In this document: one piece after another, positions 28,850-38,025 of the stretch
Layout: every line of letters begins with the position of its first letter
Numbering within the stretch: position 1 is the first letter of the stretch
From: Deltaproteobacteria bacterium
Lineage (GTDB): Bacteria; Myxococcota_A; Polyangia; Fen-1088
Length of the DNA stretch: 64,000 bases
Assembly (NCBI GenBank): GCA_033763315.1
Contig: JANRKS010000040.1
Span: 160,001 to 224,000 of the forward strand
Direction of reading: 5' to 3'
The notes under the pieces: model-generated
What the model saw: the letters and a program-made list of their open reading frames with translations, nothing else
The model's database searches: none
Told to the model about the DNA's origin: nothing
Translations under genes and position numbers: made by a program

Positions 28850-30307
28850 ATGCAGCACCATCATCTTCTGGCCCGCTTCGCCCCTCTGTCCCTCTGTTTG
28901 GCCGCATTTTTGGGTTCCACACCCGTGCGCGCCGAAGCGCTCCCCAAACTCAAAGTCAGCGCAGACAACCGCAATCTGATTCAAGACAACGGCAAACCAT
29001 TTTTCTACCTTGCCGACACCGGCTGGGAACTGTTTCACCGCCTAAACCGCCAAGAGGCAGTGACGTATCTCGACACGCGCGCGCGCCAAAAATACACCGT
29101 CATTCAAGCGGTGGCCGTTGCAGAACTAAACGGTGTCACTGATCCGAACGCTTACGGCGATAAGCCCTTTATCGAAAACAACTTCAGCAAACCGGCGATC
29201 ACGCCAGGCTCGGATCCCAAGAACACCGATCAATATGACTATTGGGATCACGTGGACTTCATCGTCGACGCTGCAGCGACGCGCGGGATCTACATCGCGC
29301 TGCTGCCAGCGTGGGGCCGCTTCATCAACAACGACAAGCTGCTTAAGCCCGAAAACGCCGAGGATTATGGCGTGTGGTTGGGCAAGCGTTACGCGAAGAA
29401 GAACGTCATTTGGGTGTTAGGCGGCGATCGCGATTTTACTGGCCAAGAAGAGACCCTGCGCAAGCTTGCCAAGGGAATCACGATCGGTGTTGCGGGCAAA
29501 GAGGACTACAGCCAAACGTTGATGACGTTGCACCCGTGCGGTGGCTGTTCTTCGTCGCGCTGGTTCCACAATGATCCGTGGCTTGATTTTGATATGCAGC
29601 AAAACGGCCACAATGCCAACGTGCCCGTGTGGACACGGCTTGAAAATGATCGCGTTCGCGAACCAACAAAACCAGTGATGGACGGCGAACCACTTTACGA
29701 AGATCACCCCGTGGCCTTCAACGCGCCTGAAAACGGCTATTCGGTGGACGCTGACGTTCGCAAGTTCGCATATTGGGACCTTTTGTCGGGCGCCTTCGGT
29801 CACACGTATGGCCACCACTCGGTTTGGCAGATGTATGCGCCGGGACGCGACCCAATCAACGGCCCGACGATGTATTGGTACGAGGCTTTGAACCGTCCAG
29901 GCGCGGGCGAGATGCAATACGCCAGAGCGTTGCTCGAATCACGCCCGCTGCTTGCGCGCGTTCCCGATCCTTCGATGGTTGCTGTGCAGCCGAAGTTCGA
30001 TCCTTCGTACATTGCCGCCTCACGCGGGGAGGACTACGCCATGTTCTATTCAGCGGAAGGCCGCAGGATCAACGTCAAGCTCGGCAAGATCAGCGGCGAA
30101 AAAGTGAAAGCCTGGTGGTTCAACCCCCGCACCGGCGGCGCCATCGAGATCGGCACCTTCGAGAACAAAGGCTCTCACGGCTGGGACTGCCCCTCGAAGG
30201 GCTACGCCAGCGATTGGGTGCTGGTGCTGGACGACGCAAGCAAGAACTACCCCGCTCCGGGCACCACGGTGCGCGCGGAAGCCAAGGCCACCGCACCCAA
30301 AAAGTAA
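28850..30307 (+). CDS. DUF4038/GH140 (apiosidase-like) glycoside hydrolase with C-terminal collagen-binding-like domain
   Basis: PFFYLADTGWELF, WVLGGD, DGEPLYEDH, GHTYG, WWFNPRTG...DWVLVL. Confidence 0.85.
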   Translation: MQHHHLLARFAPLSLCLAAFLGSTPVRAEALPKLKVSADNRNLIQDNGKPFFYLADTGWELFHRLNRQEAVTYLDTRARQKYTVIQAVAVAELNGVTDPNAYGDKPFIENNFSKPAITPGSDPKNTDQYDYWDHVDFIVDAAATRGIYIALLPAWGRFINNDKLLKPENAEDYGVWLGKRYAKKNVIWVLGGDRDFTGQEETLRKLAKGITIGVAGKEDYSQTLMTLHPCGGCSSSRWFHNDPWLDFDMQQNGHNANVPVWTRLENDRVREPTKPVMDGEPLYEDHPVAFNAPENGYSVDADVRKFAYWDLLSGAFGHTYGHHSVWQMYAPGRDPINGPTMYWYEALNRPGAGEMQYARALLESRPLLARVPDPSMVAVQPKFDPSYIAASRGEDYAMFYSAEGRRINVKLGKISGEKVKAWWFNPRTGGAIEIGTFENKGSHGWDCPSKGYASDWVLVLDDASKNYPAPGTTVRAEAKATAPKK

Positions 30308-30330
30308 ACGCCGTCGCCGCAAGAATTTTT

Positions 30331-30364
30331 ACGCCGCCCGGGCTTTCCTAGGGCGGCGTTTTTA
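30331..30364 (+). terminator. Rho-independent terminator
   Basis: ACGCCGCCC...GGGCGGCGT perfect 9-bp stem followed by T run, 23 nt after stop. Confidence 0.75.
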
Positions 30365-30504
30365 TTGAGAAAGCGCATGCCACGAGACGTGAATCGTCAA
30401 GAATGCGCTGTCACTAGACATAGGTTATACGCTTGCTTGGATATGCCCATGCTGGTATTGGGGACCCTAGGTTAGATCTTTTTACAAACCTTGGAGTCGT
30501 CCTT

Positions 30505-31410
30505 ATGAAAGCGAAACTATTGTGCCTCGTAACAAGCATATCTTTGGCCCTCGCCGTGGCCTGCGGATCTTCGTCGAACAACGATGACGGCAGCGATAAG
30601 GGCGGCGGCGGCTCGGGTGGCAAAGCCTCTGGCGGCAAGGGTGGTGCCGGCGGCTCGGGCGGCAAAGCCAGCGGAGGCGCCGGTGGCAAAGCAGCCGGTG
30701 GGTCAGGCGGCTCATCCTCGGGGGGCACAGGCGGCTCGGCTTCAGGCGGCACAGGCGGCACAGCTTCTGGCGGCGCAGGCGGCACAGCCTCAGGCGGCGC
30801 AGGCGGGATGGCTTCAGGTGGCGCAGGCGGCGTGGCTTCTGGCGGCGCGGGCGGCATGGCCTCAGGCGGCGCGGGTGGCATGGCTTCAGGCAACAACGGC
30901 GACACAGCCGAGTGGAACTTCGAGCAACAGGTCCAACTGTGGAAAAGCCTTCGCGGCCCGGACACCGTGAAGCTGAGCACCGCGACCGTTTTCAAGGGTA
31001 ACCAATCGCTCGAACTGCCGATCAACGTGACCGAAGCCGAGCTCGCCACAGCGGCGGCCGCCACGCCTCCCAAAACAACGGTGGAGCGCGGTTTGGGTCT
31101 GCAAAACCCGGGCATCATCGCTATGGCGGGCGTGCCGTCATGGTCCGGCAAAACGATCACGTTCCACGTGTGGGTTCCAACCAATTTTCCAGATGGCTAC
31201 TTCACGGCGTACATCCTTGGTGGGACACAGCCTTGGAAAGACTCAGGATTCACGGGTCTAAACAAGGGCGGATGGACGACGGTCACTTTCACCGCGCCAG
31301 CGGTGTCGGACGCAGGTCAAAACAGCTTCCTTGAGATGGGCTTGTACTTCAACGGTTTCTCTGCGCCGTGGACGGGCAGCATCTTCGTGGATTCAGTTGA
31401 AGTGATGTAA
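30505..31410 (+). CDS. Lipoprotein with Gly-rich repeat linker and C-terminal carbohydrate-binding-like beta-sandwich
   Basis: GGAG RBS, lipobox AVAC, WNFE...ITFHVWVP...GWTTVTF...IFVDSV. Confidence 0.75.
   Translation: MKAKLLCLVTSISLALAVACGSSSNNDDGSDKGGGGSGGKASGGKGGAGGSGGKASGGAGGKAAGGSGGSSSGGTGGSASGGTGGTASGGAGGTASGGAGGMASGGAGGVASGGAGGMASGGAGGMASGNNGDTAEWNFEQQVQLWKSLRGPDTVKLSTATVFKGNQSLELPINVTEAELATAAAATPPKTTVERGLGLQNPGIIAMAGVPSWSGKTITFHVWVPTNFPDGYFTAYILGGTQPWKDSGFTGLNKGGWTTVTFTAPAVSDAGQNSFLEMGLYFNGFSAPWTGSIFVDSVEVM
30730..30891 (+). repeat. In-frame 24-bp tandem repeat (GGxASGGA), about 6.75 copies
   Basis: Units ggcggcacagcttctggcggcgca / ggcggcacagcctcaggcggcgca / ggcgggatggcttcaggtggcgca and so on. 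Confidence 0.9.
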
Positions 31411-31422
31411 TCAATTTATCGG

Positions 31423-31470
31423 CGCCGCTCTCCCATTGAGCCCTCATTAAGGTGGGCGCAGAGAGCGGCG
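31423..31470 (+). terminator. Inverted repeat/stem-loop after lipoprotein gene (possible terminator or mRNA-stabilising hairpin)
   Basis: CGCCGCTCTC...GAGAGCGGCG 10-bp perfect stem; weak U tract. Confidence 0.4.
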
Positions 31471-31505
31471 TTCGTGTGCGCTTGGTATAAACGTCGTCCG
31501 TAACG

Positions 31506-32537
31506 ATGGAATACCGCGTATTGGGGAAATCAGGGTTGAAGGTTCCCGCACTCAGTTTGGGCACCGGCACATTTGGTGGTGGCAGCGAATTCTTCCGCGC
31601 CTGGGGCACCTCGGATGTCAAGGAAGCCAGCCGTTTGATCGACGTTTGTCTCGACGCAGGCCTCACGATGTTCGACTCGGCCGACATCTATTCTGGTGGG
31701 CTTTCAGAAGAGATCTTGGGCCAAGCCATCAAGGGCCGCCGCGAACGTTTGTTGATCTCCACAAAGGCCACATTCCGTTCAGGAACAGGTCCGAATGACG
31801 TGGGATCTTCGCGGCACCATTTGCTCAAAGCCGTTGAGGGTTCGCTTCGGCGCCTGGGCACCGACCACATCGATGTGTTTCAGTTGCACGGCTTCGATGC
31901 CGTCACGCCTTTGGAAGAGACGCTGAGCACCCTTGATGACTTGGTGCGCGCCGGCAAACTTCGCTACATCGGTTGCTCCAACTTCTCAGGTTGGCATTTG
32001 ATGAAGTCGTTATCGGTGGCTGAACGTCACGGTTGGAGTCGCTACGTTGTCCATCAGGCCTATTACTCACTGGTGGGCCGCGACTATGAGAACGAGTTGA
32101 TGCCACTGGCGCTTGCCGAGAACGTGGGCACGGCTGTGTGGAGTCCGCTTGGTTGGTCGCGCCTCACGGGCAAATTCCGTCGTGGTGCGCCGCTGCCAAG
32201 CACAAGCCGACTGCGCAGCGAATTGGCCGTACAGATGGGCCCGCCCATCGACGACGAATATGTTTACAAGGTCGTCGATGCATTAGATCAAGTGGCCGCC
32301 GAAACCGGCAAAACGATTCCTCAGATTGCTCTGAACTGGCTGCTATGCCGGCCGACGGTGGCAACCTTGATCATTGGCGCGCGCACTGAAGCGCAACTGC
32401 GCGACAACCTGGGCGCCGTGGGGTGGTCGCTTACGCCCGCGCAGATAGCGAAGCTCGATCGCGCCAGCCAACGCTCTCGGCCCTACCCCTACTGGCACCA
32501 GGAAGCGTTCGAGGAACGCAATCCCTTCCCGGTTTAG
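31506..32537 (+). CDS. Aldo/keto reductase
   Basis: LSLGTGTFG, FDSADIYSGG, STK, SLRRLGTDHID, GCSNF, WSPL. Confidence 0.95.
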   Translation: MEYRVLGKSGLKVPALSLGTGTFGGGSEFFRAWGTSDVKEASRLIDVCLDAGLTMFDSADIYSGGLSEEILGQAIKGRRERLLISTKATFRSGTGPNDVGSSRHHLLKAVEGSLRRLGTDHIDVFQLHGFDAVTPLEETLSTLDDLVRAGKLRYIGCSNFSGWHLMKSLSVAERHGWSRYVVHQAYYSLVGRDYENELMPLALAENVGTAVWSPLGWSRLTGKFRRGAPLPSTSRLRSELAVQMGPPIDDEYVYKVVDALDQVAAETGKTIPQIALNWLLCRPTVATLIIGARTEAQLRDNLGAVGWSLTPAQIAKLDRASQRSRPYPYWHQEAFEERNPFPV

Positions 32538-32752
32538 GGCAACGCTGGTGGGTCCTTGGGTGCGTCGACTTGGCTCGCTTCCGAGGGGGGCGCGGCTTCG
32601 AGCTTCTTCTTTCCGCGCAGCCAGCGCCACAAACGAAAGAAGATGAATTCCGTGTCGGAACTCCACATGGCTGGGCCCCAAAAGAAAATGACAGGAACGC
32701 ACACCACCAACATGAAGATCAAAAACATGGTGAAGTCGCTGATGTCGGCCAT
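32534..32752 (-). CDS. Small single-pass membrane protein, hypothetical
   Basis: 72 aa with one hydrophobic stretch then a basic patch; fills the gap; TAAGGT-N9-ATG upstream. Confidence 0.5.
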   Translation of the reverse strand: MADISDFTMFLIFMLVVCVPVIFFWGPAMWSSDTEFIFFRLWRWLRGKKKLEAAPPSEASQVDAPKDPPALP

Positions 32753-32832
32753 GACCCCAGCACCTTACTAGGCGGGTGCGGTTTTGTCGTTAGCCCCACC
32801 CGGATACGACGCGGCCCACGCAAGAACGCGCC

Positions 32833-34254
32833 CTATCCCAGCAACCGCTTCGTGAATTCGTGTTCGCCATGCACATCGGTGAGCCGCTGCTCGCGGCTTT
32901 GATAAAGGTACGTGAGCTTCAAGTGATCAACGCCGATGAGGCGCAGCAGCGTGGCGTGAACGTCGTGAATTGAGAACGGATCTTCCACAGCGCGTAGGCC
33001 GAATTCATCCGTTGCGCCCAACACCTGCCCGCCTTTGATGCCACCGCCAGCCATCCACATTGAAAAGCCATACGGATGATGGTCGCGGCCGTTCTTACCT
33101 TCCGCCAAAGGCGTGCGACCGAACTCACTGGCCCACACCACAAGCGTTTCATCCAATAAGCCCAACGCCTGCAAATCGGTGAGCAAAGCCGCTATGGGCT
33201 TATCCGTCTTGCCGGCCATCCGTGTATGCGAGCCAACGAGATCGTCGTGTGCATTGTCCCAGTCGTCACCCAAGTGTGTGCCCGAGAACAGTTGCACAAA
33301 GCGCACGCCGCGCTCCACCAAACGCCGGGCCAACAAACATTTGCGCCCGAAGTTATCGGTGAGCGGTTCATCGATGCCGTAGAGCTTCCGGGTGGCGGCG
33401 CTCTCAGACGCCAGATCCACGGCCTCAGGCGCGTGGCTTTGCATCCGGTACGCAAGCTCGTAAGACTCAAGCCGCGCCTCAAGGTCAGAATCCCCGGGCC
33501 GTGTGGCCAAATGCAGGCGATCCAAATCGCGCACCAGCTCCACTGTGTTCTGCTGCGCTTTCGGCGCCACGTGGGGGGGCGTGGCAAGGTTTAGAATCGG
33601 ATTTTTGCCGGCGCGAAGGATGGTGCCTTGGTATCGGCTTGGCAGATAACCCGCGCCATAAGCCTGTGGTCCCGACTTCATCGCGCCGTCGGACATCACC
33701 ACGAAGCCGGGCAGGTTCTTGTTCTCACTGCCCAACCCGTATGAAAGCCATGACCCTAAGCAGGGGCGACCGGGGATCTGAACGCCGGAGCAGCGCAGGT
33801 ACATGGCTGGCGCGTGATCGAACGCTTCTCCGTAGCATGAGCGCACAAGCGCCAAACGATCCGCGTGGGCCGCAATGTTTGGCATCAGGTTGGAGATTTC
33901 CATGCCCGATTGGCCCCATCGCTTGAAACCAAACGGCGAGGGGCGCGCAATCGCCTTGTTGAAATCGATGCGGCTGGTTTTCAGGCCCTTCACCGCCTCG
34001 CCTGTCAACGGCTTGCCTGCCCACTTTTCGAGCGCTGGTTTGGGATCGAAAGTGTCGACGTGGCTGACGCCGCCGTGCATGAACAAATAGATCACGCGTT
34101 TGGCTTTGCCAAACTTCTCAGACGGGCCAAGCCCCGTACCCGCCAGCGTGGTGGCCGCAGCCGTGCTTTCGCCGAGCAGTGCTGATGCGGCCAGCGCGCC
34201 AAAGCCCAGACCTGCGTTCTGCAAGAGGTCGCGACGGTTCATTGCTTTGCTCAT
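32833..34254 (-). CDS. DUF1501 domain protein (Tat-exported, sulfatase-like fold)
   Basis: Tat motif NRRDLL, AKRVIYLFMHGGVSHVDTFDPKP, LARRLVERGVRFV, SEFGRTP, GRDHHP. Confidence 0.93.
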   Translation of the reverse strand: MSKAMNRRDLLQNAGLGFGALAASALLGESTAAATTLAGTGLGPSEKFGKAKRVIYLFMHGGVSHVDTFDPKPALEKWAGKPLTGEAVKGLKTSRIDFNKAIARPSPFGFKRWGQSGMEISNLMPNIAAHADRLALVRSCYGEAFDHAPAMYLRCSGVQIPGRPCLGSWLSYGLGSENKNLPGFVVMSDGAMKSGPQAYGAGYLPSRYQGTILRAGKNPILNLATPPHVAPKAQQNTVELVRDLDRLHLATRPGDSDLEARLESYELAYRMQSHAPEAVDLASESAATRKLYGIDEPLTDNFGRKCLLARRLVERGVRFVQLFSGTHLGDDWDNAHDDLVGSHTRMAGKTDKPIAALLTDLQALGLLDETLVVWASEFGRTPLAEGKNGRDHHPYGFSMWMAGGGIKGGQVLGATDEFGLRAVEDPFSIHDVHATLLRLIGVDHLKLTYLYQSREQRLTDVHGEHEFTKRLLG

Positions 34255-34256
34255 AA

Positions 34257-36779
34257 CTAATCCACGTACAAAAACGCGTTGAAGTTAAACAGCGCACGTC
34301 CAAGTTCGGCCAAGGCAAGCTCATCCTTCTTGAAGATGCGCTTTTGCTTTTCTAGAAACGAAGCGGCCAGCGCGCGTTCATCGGTGGAAGGCAGGCGACC
34401 CAACGCAAAGGAGAAGGCTTTGTTGATCGACTCCTCCTTTGAAGCGTGACGTTCGACGTTCGCGGTCACGCGCTTCGCAAACACAGCGGCCTGCTGGACA
34501 GCGAACTCGCCGTTTAGAAGCGACAACGATTGCGGCGCCATGGTGCTCGTCTCGCGACGGGGGCAATGCAGCACACCTTCGGGCGAATCAAACACCTCGA
34601 ACAACGGTTGCTGAAAACCGCGCTTGCGAATCAAGTAAACGCTGCGCCGCAGGTGCTCTTGTGGATCGGCTGAAACCACCCAAGCGTCGTTCAAAGGCAC
34701 GCTCAGACCAAACAGCTCCTCCTTCGGCAATGGTGGCACCACCGGCGGGCCGCCCATTTTCAAGTTCAGGCTGCCCGCCGCTTGCAGAACAGCGTCACGG
34801 ATCTCTTCGGCCGTGAGGCGCCGCCGATTCATGTGTGAAAGAGCGAGGTTCTCAGGATCCTTGGCCAGGGCTTCGGCGTTGCCCACCGACGACAACTGAT
34901 ACGCGTGCGAGGTCATCATGAGCCGGTGCATCGCTTTGAGCGAATAGCCCTGTTTCACGAATTCTGTGGCCAGCCAATCAAGCAGCGCCGGATGCGAAGG
35001 CGGCGTGCCTCGTCGGCCGAAATCACTCGGCGTCGAAACGATGCCTCGCACAAAATGCCCCGTCCACAAACGGTTCACAATCACCCGCCACGTCAAAGGG
35101 TGCGAGGGACGCGTGAGCCATTCTGCCAAGGCTTTGCGCCTGCCAGTGCTGTTGGCCGTGGGCGGTGGCGCAGCGATCTCGCCGCCACCCAACGCACCCA
35201 GAAAGCCTGGATTCACGGGCGTGGGCGCACCGCCGCCGCGCGAGGGCATAAAGGCCACCGGCGCCACCGGCCCCGCATCCGTGATCCCCGGTGCCATGGG
35301 GGGTGGGCCAAAGCCCGTGTACATCTGGACCAACTGCTTTTCGATGGCAAGAAGGCGCGCCTTGTCTGCCTTTGAGAAGATGGCTTTGGTTTCGTCGTAG
35401 CCGGGGCGAACCTCATTCATGTGCGCCGCAACGGTGGATTTCTGTTCTGCCGTGCGCTTGCCCTCTTCGACGGCGAACGCCGCTTGGACGTCCTGGGGAA
35501 GCTTGGCGCGTTTGGCCGCCTCAATCTTCTTGTTGTACGGAGCAAACAGGGCGGCCAATTGTTCGCCGATGCCGCGCAACTTGAACTGACGGTAGTTCTC
35601 GCTGATGTCCCAAGTGCGAGACGCGTTGTAGTCCAAGAACACCCGCTGCTTCACCGCTGGAACAAACACGGCCTGCAGGCGGAAATAGTCCTTTTGCGAA
35701 ATGGGATCGAATTTGTGATCGTGGCAGCGTGCGCAGCCCACGGATAAGCCCATGAATAAGGCGCCGGTCGTATCAACGAAATCGGTCAGCGTTTCAACGC
35801 GGTTGGTGTCTTCCACCTTAAACAACATGTCGCGGTTGGCGCCCACTGTGTAAAGGCCCGTGCCGCGTTGGGCCTCTGGATCGTCTGGCCAGAATTCATC
35901 GCCGGCGATCTGTTCTTTGATGAAGCGATCGAACGGTTTGTCGCTGTTTAATGAATTGATCACGTAGTCGCGGTAGCGCCATGCATCCAGCAAATACGGA
36001 TCTTGTTCGTATCCCGAGCTATCACCGTAGCGAGCGAGATCCAACCAATAGCGGCCCCATTTTTCGCCATAGTGGGGCGACGCCAGCAAACGATCCACCA
36101 AGCGGTCGTAGGCATTGGGATCCTTGTCCGCAACGAACAGGTCGATTTCCGCTTGTGTAGGGGCAAGCCCGTGCAAATCAAATGTGGCGCGACGGATCAA
36201 CGTGGGACGATCGGCGGTGGGCGACGGTGTTAGGCCTTGCGCTTGCAGCGTTGCGAGCACGAACGCATCAATCGGGTTCTTGATCCACCTGTCGGGATCC
36301 TTGGGCTGCGGCGGGGCCCCCGCCACCACGGCTCGAAAGGACCACCACTTCGGTTCATCCTTTTTCACCGCCACACCTGGCAACGCAGCGGCGGCCTGCG
36401 GAAACGGTACACCGGCCTCGATCCAGCGACGAAGAATATCGATGTCCTTGTCGCTGAGCTTCTTCTCAGCGGGCGGCATGATGGTTTTGACTTCGTGCCG
36501 CACCATCTTCATCAGAGGGCTTTGCTCTGGATGCCCCACAACAACGGCAACGCCGTGATCGCCTCCCTTCAAAAACGCGGCTCGCTCCAACACGTTCAAA
36601 CCCGATCGCGCCAGATCATCGTGGCATTCACTGCAGCGCTCTTGCAGGAGCGCCAACGCGGACGCTGCCAGCGTGTTCGAATCAGCGGCGGGGGCGGCCT
36701 GCACGAATGAGGCCCTGGCCGTGCATACGATGGCTGCGCCCACAAAAGCCACGAGAGGACGGTAACGGGACGTGCTCAC
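34257..36779 (-). CDS. Planctomycete cytochrome c / PSD1 protein (DUF1549 + DUF1553)
   Basis: CSECH and CARCHDHKFDP heme motifs, NPIDAF, SPHYGEKWGRYWLDLARY, PSHPALLDWLA, FNAFLYVD; GTG start 36779. Confidence 0.92.
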   Translation of the reverse strand: MSTSRYRPLVAFVGAAIVCTARASFVQAAPAADSNTLAASALALLQERCSECHDDLARSGLNVLERAAFLKGGDHGVAVVVGHPEQSPLMKMVRHEVKTIMPPAEKKLSDKDIDILRRWIEAGVPFPQAAAALPGVAVKKDEPKWWSFRAVVAGAPPQPKDPDRWIKNPIDAFVLATLQAQGLTPSPTADRPTLIRRATFDLHGLAPTQAEIDLFVADKDPNAYDRLVDRLLASPHYGEKWGRYWLDLARYGDSSGYEQDPYLLDAWRYRDYVINSLNSDKPFDRFIKEQIAGDEFWPDDPEAQRGTGLYTVGANRDMLFKVEDTNRVETLTDFVDTTGALFMGLSVGCARCHDHKFDPISQKDYFRLQAVFVPAVKQRVFLDYNASRTWDISENYRQFKLRGIGEQLAALFAPYNKKIEAAKRAKLPQDVQAAFAVEEGKRTAEQKSTVAAHMNEVRPGYDETKAIFSKADKARLLAIEKQLVQMYTGFGPPPMAPGITDAGPVAPVAFMPSRGGGAPTPVNPGFLGALGGGEIAAPPPTANSTGRRKALAEWLTRPSHPLTWRVIVNRLWTGHFVRGIVSTPSDFGRRGTPPSHPALLDWLATEFVKQGYSLKAMHRLMMTSHAYQLSSVGNAEALAKDPENLALSHMNRRRLTAEEIRDAVLQAAGSLNLKMGGPPVVPPLPKEELFGLSVPLNDAWVVSADPQEHLRRSVYLIRKRGFQQPLFEVFDSPEGVLHCPRRETSTMAPQSLSLLNGEFAVQQAAVFAKRVTANVERHASKEESINKAFSFALGRLPSTDERALAASFLEKQKRIFKKDELALAELGRALFNFNAFLYVD

Positions 36780-36941
36780 CCCGGTAAGATAGAGCAGCGC
36801 GACGCTACAATCAGGTACAAAGTGATATATTATGACACATAGATCACACCCGGTCGCAAGCACGGCCGCCCGTCGCTAGGCAGAGGCGCCGTGCGTCATG
36901 AATTTGCCGCGCGAGCCAGCAGAAGCCATGATGCGGCCACC

Positions 36942-37421
36942 ATGGCAGCCTGGTTGATGAAGTCTGAGCCCGAGGTTTTTTCCATTGATGATCTGGCCAA
37001 AGCCAAAACAACCTTTTGGGACGGGGTTCGCAACTACCAGGCGCGCAACCTCATGCGCGATGACATGAAGCCCGGCGATTTGGTGCTGTTCTATCACTCG
37101 AACGCAAAGCCGCCCGGCGTGGCCGGTGTGGCCGAGGTCATCAAAGCCGCCAGACCCGATCCGTCGCAGTTCGACGCCACATCGGAAAAATTTGATCCTG
37201 GTGCCACACCTGCGGAGCCGCGTTGGTTTGGCGTTGATATCAAATTTCGCAGCAAGTTCGCTACGCCGGTTTCATTGGACACGATCAAAGCCACGCCGGC
37301 CTTGGCGAACATGGTGCTGGTCAAACGCAGCCGGCTTTCGGTTCAGCCCGTCACCGACGCCGAGTTCAAAGCGATAGAGAAACTGGGCGGCTCGGCGAAG
37401 CGCGCCTCGACGTTAAAATAG
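36942..37421 (+). CDS. EVE domain protein
   Basis: WLMKSEP, WDGVRNYQARN, FYHSN, RLSVQPV. Confidence 0.95.
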   Translation: MAAWLMKSEPEVFSIDDLAKAKTTFWDGVRNYQARNLMRDDMKPGDLVLFYHSNAKPPGVAGVAEVIKAARPDPSQFDATSEKFDPGATPAEPRWFGVDIKFRSKFATPVSLDTIKATPALANMVLVKRSRLSVQPVTDAEFKAIEKLGGSAKRASTLK

Positions 37422-37432
37422 TCGTCCCGCCG

Positions 37433-38023
37433 TTAATCCACGGGCCTGCCTCGAAAATATCGAACGGGCTTTGCGGGCGCTGCAGCCGCAGGCTCAGGCG
37501 CGATGGCCCTCGAGGTCGTCGCGCGTGTGACCGAGGCCGGCGTCGGCCGCGGCACAGGCGGTGGCGTGGCGCGCGTGACAGCCGTGTTGCTGGGCAACGG
37601 CGGTGGCATGGAGCGCATCGTGGGCAAAGTTGTGGGCGTGGGTGAAGCCACAGGCGTTTCAGTTGGCACCTGGCGCGCAATCCGATCGCCCACTTTGCGC
37701 GCCATAAGGTTCACCGCCATGCGCAGCGATGGCGCGTTGACAGCGTGGGTTGTGAGCAAGCACAAAAACCCGTTGGGAAGCCGGCGCGCGTGCAGCGTCT
37801 GCTCTTCGTATTCCAGCACAAACAGTTCGAGGAAGTCCCCTGTTGAGCTCATCGCCTCATGAAAACGGCCGAGCCTGGGGGCCACCTCGCGCAGTGCCGA
37901 ATCGTCCACGTACGCGGCCAAGTCGCGCGCCACCACATCGCCCTGATCAGACACCACGAAGCTGGCCAACACGCCTTCCACGTCACGCAACGACGGCAGA
38001 GCGTTTGTGATTTCCGCGTCCAT
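37433..38023 (-). CDS. Roadblock/LC7-like domain protein with Pro/Thr-rich tail
   Basis: LRDVEGVLASFVVSDQGDVVA...LCLLT..VNAPSLRMAVN pattern; C-terminal YFRGRPV. Confidence 0.7.
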   Translation of the reverse strand: MDAEITNALPSLRDVEGVLASFVVSDQGDVVARDLAAYVDDSALREVAPRLGRFHEAMSSTGDFLELFVLEYEEQTLHARRLPNGFLCLLTTHAVNAPSLRMAVNLMARKVGDRIARQVPTETPVASPTPTTLPTMRSMPPPLPSNTAVTRATPPPVPRPTPASVTRATTSRAIAPEPAAAAPAKPVRYFRGRPVD

Positions 38024-38025
38024 CT

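Noticed and set aside
30730-30891. Tandem repeat as possible CRISPR array
   Set aside because: Contiguous in-frame 24-bp coding units with no unique spacers and no cas genes.
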